Positions 40,988 to 47,134 of a stretch of 47,134 bases of DNA are shown here, in pieces. Origin of the DNA: Candidatus Eiseniibacteriota bacterium (lineage in GTDB: Bacteria; Eisenbacteria; RBG-16-71-46); contig JANLWX010000056.1 in assembly GCA_031364845.1 (NCBI GenBank), positions 1-47,134 of the forward strand, read 5' to 3'. Under the pieces are notes generated by a model. The model did no database searches, had not been told where the DNA came from, and was given only the letters and a program-made list of their open reading frames with translations. The first letter of the stretch is position 1. Each line of letters begins with the position of its first letter. Both the position numbers and the translations under genes were made by a program.

Positions 40988-42305
40988 CCCATTCGCCGGG
41001 GGGGCGGTAGTAGACCACCCGATTCTTCGGCGGCAGCTTCGCGCGCAACAGCGCCTGATTCGCCGCGCGGAACAGGTCGTAGGGCGTCTTCTCGTCATCG
41101 GGATACATGGCCACACCCATGCTCACCGTGACGCCGACCCGATGGACCTGCCGGTCGAGTGATTCGATGTCCACGATCGTACGCTCGACCAGCGTCCGCA
41201 GACGTTCGCAGATCGTCACCACGTCATCGCCCTGCACGGGTGCGGTGAGCAGCACCGCGAACTCTTCGCCGCCCCAGCGCGCCACCGTGTCGAACGGGCG
41301 CACGGCGTTGCGCAGGATCGAAGCCACATGCTTCAGCACTTGATTGCCCGCCTCGTATCCATAGAGCGTGTTGAAGGCCTTGAAATTGTCGATGTCCGCG
41401 ATGCACAGCGCGAACGACGTCGATTCGCGCTTGGCGCGCGCCATTTCGTTCTGGACCTGGCGGTCGAAGTAGGAACGATTGAAAGCACTGGTGAGCGGAT
41501 CGATGAAGACGATCTGATCGATCCGCGACGATCGCACGAGGGCCGCGCCGCAGAAGTCGCTGAGCAGCGCCAGCAATGCCAGCTCGGCGGTGGCGAACAT
41601 GCGTGGCTCGGGATGCGTGGCTTCGAGATGGCCGAGCGGTGTGCCGGTTTCCGAGAACACGCCGGCGATCGCGATCGAACGCACTCCGCGCGCCGCACTC
41701 TCTTTCGCGAGGCCCGGCGCCGCTGCCGCGTCGGGGCTCGCGATCACGATCCGCGCGTCGGAGCGCGCCTGGAGTGCCAGCGCAGGATCGAACGGTGCCA
41801 CGTCCGGGATGCCTTCCTCGGGCTGGCTGGGGATCAGCCGCACCGAGCTGGCACCCAGCAGCTCGCGTCCGATCTCGTCGATCTCCTCGACCAGCCCCAG
41901 CCGTGCGCTTCCGCGCAGGGGATCGGAACTCACCAGCGGGTCGTCGATCCGCAGCAGCCGCCGGATCGAATCGAGTCCGGTGCGCGTCGAAGCGATCAGG
42001 GCGAGCCGCGGGTGGATCGTGACCCCGCCGTGCTCAATCGTCGGCGGAAGCTCGAGCGCGATGATGTCGAGCGTCGATCGGCTCTGGAACCGCACCGTGG
42101 AGCCACCCGAGCCATTGCGGCCCGGAACACGCGAGATGGCTCCGAGGGCTTCGAGTTGGTGGAGTGCGGCGAGGCCGGCCCGCTCCATTTGGTCGGGCGT
42201 GCCTTCGGCGAGCGCGCGGCGGAACCGTGCGCGATCGGCATTCGGGAGCTGATCGACCGGGAGCAGGCGTTCCAGCTCCCGGAAATCGATGCTCTGGCGT
42301 TTCAT
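40974..42305 (-). CDS. Diguanylate cyclase (GAF-like plus GGDEF)
   Basis: DPLT, DIDNFK, RPFD I-site and RWGGEEF. Confidence 0.9.
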   Translation of the reverse strand: MKRQSIDFRELERLLPVDQLPNADRARFRRALAEGTPDQMERAGLAALHQLEALGAISRVPGRNGSGGSTVRFQSRSTLDIIALELPPTIEHGGVTIHPRLALIASTRTGLDSIRRLLRIDDPLVSSDPLRGSARLGLVEEIDEIGRELLGASSVRLIPSQPEEGIPDVAPFDPALALQARSDARIVIASPDAAAAPGLAKESAARGVRSIAIAGVFSETGTPLGHLEATHPEPRMFATAELALLALLSDFCGAALVRSSRIDQIVFIDPLTSAFNRSYFDRQVQNEMARAKRESTSFALCIADIDNFKAFNTLYGYEAGNQVLKHVASILRNAVRPFDTVARWGGEEFAVLLTAPVQGDDVVTICERLRTLVERTIVDIESLDRQVHRVGVTVSMGVAMYPDDEKTPYDLFRAANQALLRAKLPPKNRVVYYRPPGEWGSGR

Positions 42306-42463
42306 GGGCGACCTGTCTCCCGCCGGGCGGAACGTTCCATCCATGGAACCCGGAATCAAGGTGTCAGACAGTGGGTTCGGGAGAACCCGCAATGAGCGAC
42401 GACGAGTTTATCACACGCCGTGGTGAACGTTCGTGCCGCGGACGGGGCGAATTCGGCAACGAA

Positions 42464-42496
42464 AAACCGCCCGGCGGGAACGGCCGCGGGCGGTTT
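42464..42496 (-). terminator. Intrinsic terminator
   Basis: AAACCGCCCG...CGGGCGGTTT with a T-run on the minus strand, downstream of the 42515 CDS. Confidence 0.7.
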
Positions 42497-42514
42497 CATG
42501 CGTTCAGGATCGGG

Positions 42515-43165
42515 CTATCGCGCTCGAACCACTCTCGTGATCGTACTGCCCAACGGGGTCGCGAAGCGCAGATAGTAAACGCCCGCGCCGAGCGTGTGTC
42601 CGTCGCGATCGCGGCCGTCCCAGTTGAGACGCGTTACGCCGCGCGCCATCGGGCCGCGGTGCAACGTGCGCAGCGCGCGTCCTTGCACGTCGAACAGTTC
42701 GGCCACCGCTTCGAGCCGCGCAGCGTTCGGCGCTCCGGCAAGCAGCAGGTCGATCTGCGTGCGGCCGGACCCGGGATTGGGATACACCGATGCCGAGACG
42801 CGTCGCGCAAGTTCCGCGGAGATCGGCACCGCGTAGGGTCCGAAGCTCACCGACTCACCGGTCGCGAGGGCGAGATCGAAGCGATACCAGTACGTGCTGC
42901 CAGGCTGCGCGTCGAAGTCGTCGATGAAGCACTCGCCGGTGCACAGCACCTCGAGTGAACTCAGCGACTGAAACGGGCCGCTCGCTGAGCTGGCGCGCGA
43001 GATCGTGTAGTAGCTGCCGGTCCAGGTTCCTTCGAGCCGGACTTGCGGGATCCCGGCGTGGTAGTCGACCTGGATCTTGGGATCGGCCATCGCGAGGCCC
43101 GCGACGAGCAGCAGCCCCGAAGTGAGGAGCGTGAGGCGGCGAATGGGCGCGTCGATCAGATTCAT
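42515..43165 (-). CDS. Secreted protein with C-terminal FlgD-Ig/T9SS-like domain
   Basis: Signal peptide, short FN3-like part, and YPNP...FDVQGR..RTL...WDGRDRDG...GVYYLRF...RVVRAR. Confidence 0.82.
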   Translation of the reverse strand: MNLIDAPIRRLTLLTSGLLLVAGLAMADPKIQVDYHAGIPQVRLEGTWTGSYYTISRASSASGPFQSLSSLEVLCTGECFIDDFDAQPGSTYWYRFDLALATGESVSFGPYAVPISAELARRVSASVYPNPGSGRTQIDLLLAGAPNAARLEAVAELFDVQGRALRTLHRGPMARGVTRLNWDGRDRDGHTLGAGVYYLRFATPLGSTITRVVRAR

Positions 43166-43262
43166 GCGGATACCTCCGGGCAAAGTCTCTCCCACACGGT
43201 TGAACCTACGCAACCGCGGTTCGAGCGTGACCAGGCGACATTCCCGAAAAGCTCAATCCCGC

Positions 43263-43292
43263 TTGACACCCGCGCGTGCGGGTCATTAGGTT
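43263..43292 (+). promoter_or_regulatory. Putative sigma70 promoter TTGACA-N18-TAGGTT
   Basis: Perfect -35; the -10 lies ~50 nt upstream of the PTS IIA start. Confidence 0.55.
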
Positions 43293-43340
43293 CGAAACCC
43301 TTGTCTGTCTTTGCATTGCTCGTATGGGGGCGTGACCGCC

Positions 43341-43808
43341 ATGAGGCTTTCGGAACTGCTGAATTCGAGCGCGGTCACCCAGCGGCTCAAGGCGCGCACC
43401 AAGCGCGAGGCGCTGGTCGAGCTGGTCGAAGTTCTCGAAGCCGCTCACGGCTTCAGCAGCCAGGGCGAGATCCTCGACCGCGTGATGCGACGTGAAGCGA
43501 TGATGACCACCGGGATCGGCAACGGCATCGCGATCCCCCACGGCAAGGCCCGCTCCGTCGACCGCATGGCGGCCGCGTGCGCGGTGATTGCCGACGGCAT
43601 CGACTTCGAGTCCGAAGACGGCCAGCCCGTCTATCTGATCGTGATGTTCGTGTCGCCCGAGCAGGCCACCACGCTCCATGTCCGCGCGCTCGCCAATCTG
43701 TCGCGGCTGCTCAAGGAAGAGTCGGTCCGCAACGGTCTGCGCGAGACGAAGACGCCCGAGGAGTTTCTCTCCACGCTGCTCGCCGCCGAGAGCGCCTACA
43801 TCCCCTGA
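43341..43808 (+). CDS. PTS IIA component (Fru/Ntr family, PtsN-like)
   Basis: RE...TTGIGNGIAIPHGK phospho-His motif and H...LA.LSRLL. Confidence 0.9.
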   Translation: MRLSELLNSSAVTQRLKARTKREALVELVEVLEAAHGFSSQGEILDRVMRREAMMTTGIGNGIAIPHGKARSVDRMAAACAVIADGIDFESEDGQPVYLIVMFVSPEQATTLHVRALANLSRLLKEESVRNGLRETKTPEEFLSTLLAAESAYIP

Positions 43809-43884
43809 TCGCGACGGCGCCCGGTGGATGGGCGCCGGACCGTCGGGCGCCGTGGTCTGAGCCGTTCACCCCGGAGCCTGTCCA

Positions 43885-44544
43885 GTGCCCTTCTTCGATA
43901 CCTGGACTCAGCTTCCGCCGGCGGAACTCCTGCGCTGGCTCCTGCCGGTCGGCTTCATGATCGTGCTCGTCCTCATGCCCGGCCGGCGTGTGGCGCGCTT
44001 CACCGCATTCGGCACCGGACTCGCGCTCGGCGCGGTGCCCGAGGTTCTTGCTCCGACGCCGCTGCGGCTCGCGTGGATCATTCTGTGGGCCGCGGTCGCG
44101 TGGGGCGTCACGAGCGCGCCAGCCCCTCGCCGGGGTGCGGTGCTCTCGCGCCGCGTCGGACTGCTCGAGTCGGGGAGCGTCGGGCTGATGCTCGGCGTAG
44201 CGCTGCTGACGCTGCTCCTGATCGCGATCGGCCGCCAGGATCTGCCCGATGACGCGAGCCGGCGCGCGACCTACGGCATCGTTGTGCTGTGTCTCGGACT
44301 GCTCCACCTGATGCTGCGCCGCCATACGGTCCGTGCGGCGATCGCGCTCGCGATGCTCGGGCTCGGCCTCCAGATCGTCGAACGCGTCGCGCGCGAATCG
44401 CTGGTCGCAGCGACCCTGTCACCCGACTACGGCATCGTGCTCGCGACCTCACTCACGTGTGCGCTCGCGGTGCGCATCGGCCACACGCGCGAGCGCGTCG
44501 CGACGAGCCCGTGGGTCGGCGACGCCCACGATCTGCACGACTGA
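43885..44544 (+). CDS. Membrane protein, divergent HyfE/NuoK-like
   Basis: GLLHLMLRRHTVRAAIAL and C-terminal VGDAHDLHD resemble NuoK/HyfE; followed by NuoL/N-like genes. Confidence 0.55.
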   Translation: MPFFDTWTQLPPAELLRWLLPVGFMIVLVLMPGRRVARFTAFGTGLALGAVPEVLAPTPLRLAWIILWAAVAWGVTSAPAPRRGAVLSRRVGLLESGSVGLMLGVALLTLLLIAIGRQDLPDDASRRATYGIVVLCLGLLHLMLRRHTVRAAIALAMLGLGLQIVERVARESLVAATLSPDYGIVLATSLTCALAVRIGHTRERVATSPWVGDAHDLHD

Positions 44545-45938
44545 TGCTTCCGCTGCGCGAGCAACTCCGCCGCCTCGCCGGGCCCCGTATCGTCGGCGTC
44601 GTGCTGTGCGTGAGCGGTGTGGCACTTCTATGGATGCCGTCGCTGTTCGCGGCGGCGGTCGGCGCGGAGTTGCTCGCGGCCGCGTTCTGGTGGTGGGCGC
44701 GTTCGGCCGCCGATGCCGCCGAGCAGGTGCAGCGCTGGGGCTGGGTGCGCCGTCCGGCGACCGCACTGTGGCTTGCGGTCGCGATCCATGCCGCGTTCCC
44801 GATGCTCGATCCCGCGCATGCGCCCGCCGCGGAGGGCGGGCTGCGCGCGTTCGCCGGGCTGCAGACGCGCGGGGCGCTCGCGATGTTCCGGATGGTCGAA
44901 GCGGCCGCAGTCGTGTGGGCGGGACTCGAGATGCTCGCCGCGCTACCGCTCGCGCGCGCGTTCTCGGATCTGCCGGGGCCGTTCCTCGGAATGCGCCCGT
45001 GGCTGCCGGCGCTGTTGCCGGCTGCGGGCTTCGCCGTGTTGTGGCGCCACAGCCGCCATTGGATCGAAGTGCCCGAGGCGCGCAACGTGGCGATCGTCCT
45101 GCTCATGATCACCGCGGTACTCGCGGTGTTGCGGGCCTATGCGCGCCGCGCGTGGACCGCGAGCCTGCGCTGGCTCGTGGTGTGCGACTGCACGCTGGCC
45201 GCACTCGCGGTCGCCGGGCGCGAGATCACGCCGGTCGCGACCCTGCTCATGTGGATCGCGACCTGCGGCGGGCACATGTTCCTGCTCATGGGCGAGCTGC
45301 GCGGCAGCGCGCCGCGCCGCGGCAAGTTGCTCACGCGTCTGTGGCGTGCGGCGACATGGGTGGCGCTCGCCGTGCTCGCGTGGGCGGCGTCGATCGGCCA
45401 TGGCCCGGAGCATCTCGGCCGCGCGAGCGGCTTCGTGCTCACCGGCATCGCGTTCACCACCGCGCTCGCCGCGTGGCTCACCATCGGCCGGCTCGTGCAC
45501 GCCGAAGAGCGACGCAAGGTGATGCGGCCCGATCCTGCGCTCAGCCTGAGCCACATCGCCGCGGTCGCGACACTGGTGCTCGGGCCGTTCGCGCTGATGC
45601 TCGCGTGGTGGGCGGGCTTCGAGCCGCCATGGAGCGTTTCGGTCGTGGCCTTGGCACCGGTCGTTCTCGGTGGCTGGGCCGCGATTCTCGAACGGCAGCG
45701 GCGTCCGGAGCGGCTCTGGGAACGGCTCCAGGGTGTGGGCGATGTTTCGCGCTCCCTCGCGCGGCGCGCGTTCGATCTCGTGGTTCACCTCGAGCGCGGC
45801 GTGGTCGGGTTGTTCGCCCGCGTGTTGCGCGGAATCACAGGGCCGCTGCACGACCTCCACTCAGGCGACGCGCAGGAATATCTGCTGTTCCTGGTCGGCA
45901 TCGGCGTGCTCGCCGTCGTGCTGCCGCTGCTGCGATGA
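44544..45938 (+). CDS. Divergent NuoL/MrpA-like membrane protein
   Basis: Multi-TM with an amphipathic C-terminal helix, then LHDLHSGDAQEYLLFL plus TM, like the NuoL tail. TGATG overlap. Confidence 0.6.
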   Translation: MLPLREQLRRLAGPRIVGVVLCVSGVALLWMPSLFAAAVGAELLAAAFWWWARSAADAAEQVQRWGWVRRPATALWLAVAIHAAFPMLDPAHAPAAEGGLRAFAGLQTRGALAMFRMVEAAAVVWAGLEMLAALPLARAFSDLPGPFLGMRPWLPALLPAAGFAVLWRHSRHWIEVPEARNVAIVLLMITAVLAVLRAYARRAWTASLRWLVVCDCTLAALAVAGREITPVATLLMWIATCGGHMFLLMGELRGSAPRRGKLLTRLWRAATWVALAVLAWAASIGHGPEHLGRASGFVLTGIAFTTALAAWLTIGRLVHAEERRKVMRPDPALSLSHIAAVATLVLGPFALMLAWWAGFEPPWSVSVVALAPVVLGGWAAILERQRRPERLWERLQGVGDVSRSLARRAFDLVVHLERGVVGLFARVLRGITGPLHDLHSGDAQEYLLFLVGIGVLAVVLPLLR

Positions 45939-47134
45939 TCATGAACCCGTTCGATCTCGCCGTGCCCGTGCTGGCGCCGCTGGTGGCGCTCGCTGCGGGT
46001 ATGCTGATGCTGGCGCTCGACCGGCGCGGGCGTGTCGACGTGTTCGAGATGAGCACCGCGGTCGTGCTGGTGCCGCTCGTGGCCGCCGGAGTGCTCGCAC
46101 CCGCCGCGGGTGCGACCGGGCTCGTGATCGTGATCGGACTCGTCGTTGCGCTGCTCGCGCGCGATCGATCGAGTCTGTTGCTGAGCGAATGCGCGCTCAA
46201 GCTGCTGTGGGTGCTGGGGGCAGCACTCGCGCTCTCGTGGACCGGCGTCATGCTGCTGGTGCTCGCGACCGGTACACCGGTGCCGATCGAGCAGTGGGCG
46301 GTGCTCGACCTCGGGCTCGATCCGGACTTCCTGTGGCGCACGGCACTTCCGCTCTCGCTGCTGCTCGGCCTCGTGCTGCTCGGCGGCGCGCCGTTTCACT
46401 TCTGGGCCGCCGATCTGCTGCATGGTGCGCCCACATGGCTCGCGCCGCTCGCGGTTGTGGCGCTGCAGGTGTCGGGCGCCGAATGGCTCGCCTCGCGCCT
46501 GATCGGAATCGAAGCCTTCGGTGACGCCGCGCGCGCGGTCGCGGACCTGCTCGCGATCGCGGCGACGCTCGCGTTTTCGATCGGAGCGATCACGCTGCTC
46601 GTGCAACATCGTCCTGAGCGCCGCGTCGGCACGCTCGCGAGCCTCAACGGCGGCCTCTTGCTCGCGATGCTCGCATTCGCGCGCGAAGGCGCCGGCGGTG
46701 CGGGCGTGATCGAAGGCGTCGTGCCGCGCTGGGCCGCGCACCTGGTGGTGGCGCTCACCGGTGCGGGGATCCTCGCGCGCTTCCTTCCGGTCGCCGATGC
46801 GCGACCCGGCCCTGCACCGGTGCTGTTCCGACGTCACGCGATCGCAGGCATCGCCGGACTCTACGCGCTGTTCTCGCTCGCCGGTGTGCCCGGCACACCG
46901 GGTGCCAGCATGTGGCTCGAAGCCGCGCACGCCGTCACGCGCAGCGGCCGTCCGTGGGTGATGATCGCCTTCGCGATGGCATGGGTCGCTGGGCTGAGCG
47001 TGGCGATGCGGCAGTTGCGCGAGGCGGTCGGCATCGCGACCGACCTGCCGCTGCCGTCGCAGCCGGTGCCGTGGCAGGCGCGTGTGGCGCTCGGAGCGTG
47101 CGCGGCGGGGCTGGTGTTGCAGTTGCGGTGGTGA
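45935..47134 (+). CDS. Divergent NuoN-like antiporter-family membrane protein
   Basis: ECALK, APFHFWAADLLHGAP and FSLAGVP motifs; stop at the window end. Confidence 0.72.
   Translation: MIMNPFDLAVPVLAPLVALAAGMLMLALDRRGRVDVFEMSTAVVLVPLVAAGVLAPAAGATGLVIVIGLVVALLARDRSSLLLSECALKLLWVLGAALALSWTGVMLLVLATGTPVPIEQWAVLDLGLDPDFLWRTALPLSLLLGLVLLGGAPFHFWAADLLHGAPTWLAPLAVVALQVSGAEWLASRLIGIEAFGDAARAVADLLAIAATLAFSIGAITLLVQHRPERRVGTLASLNGGLLLAMLAFAREGAGGAGVIEGVVPRWAAHLVVALTGAGILARFLPVADARPGPAPVLFRRHAIAGIAGLYALFSLAGVPGTPGASMWLEAAHAVTRSGRPWVMIAFAMAWVAGLSVAMRQLREAVGIATDLPLPSQPVPWQARVALGACAAGLVLQLRW

Noticed and set aside
44333..45934. 933-aa ORF suggesting a giant NuoN fusion
   Set aside because: The Arg-rich upstream part is an off-frame read of the NuoL-like gene; the start is ATG 45935.

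Overview
High-GC bacterial chromosomal window. Several secreted proteins with FlgD-Ig/T9SS-type-A-like C-terminal domains suggest an FCB-related lineage such as Ca. Eisenbacteria (inference only). Housekeeping genes (metH, pfkA, aceE, speA, clpB, S9 peptidase, tRNA thiouridylase-like, GGDEF, PTS IIA) flank a ~17 kb copper/N-oxide island (8349-25374). The island holds a minus-strand Cu(I)-type RND efflux operon (TolC/CusB/CusA plus a cupredoxin lipoprotein) led by a Cys-rich secreted ORF ending in the RAPP ribosome-arrest motif. It also holds nnrS, a DNR-like Crp/Fnr regulator, and an operon of hemerythrin-like protein, cytochrome c, clade II nosZ, nosB, nosD, nosF, a cupredoxin-like gene and nosY, with no nosL. 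An IS1-like element (25376-26588, 25-bp IRs, no target duplication) abuts the nosY and aceE stop codons. Other unusual items are a 52-aa membrane microprotein missed by the ORF track, an orphan promoter over a start-less sorting-domain remnant, a 126-bp MITE-like element, and a PTS IIA-led operon of NuoJK/L/N-like membrane proteins that appear to lack the proton-pumping charged residues. All calls come from motif recognition by eye; no searches were run.
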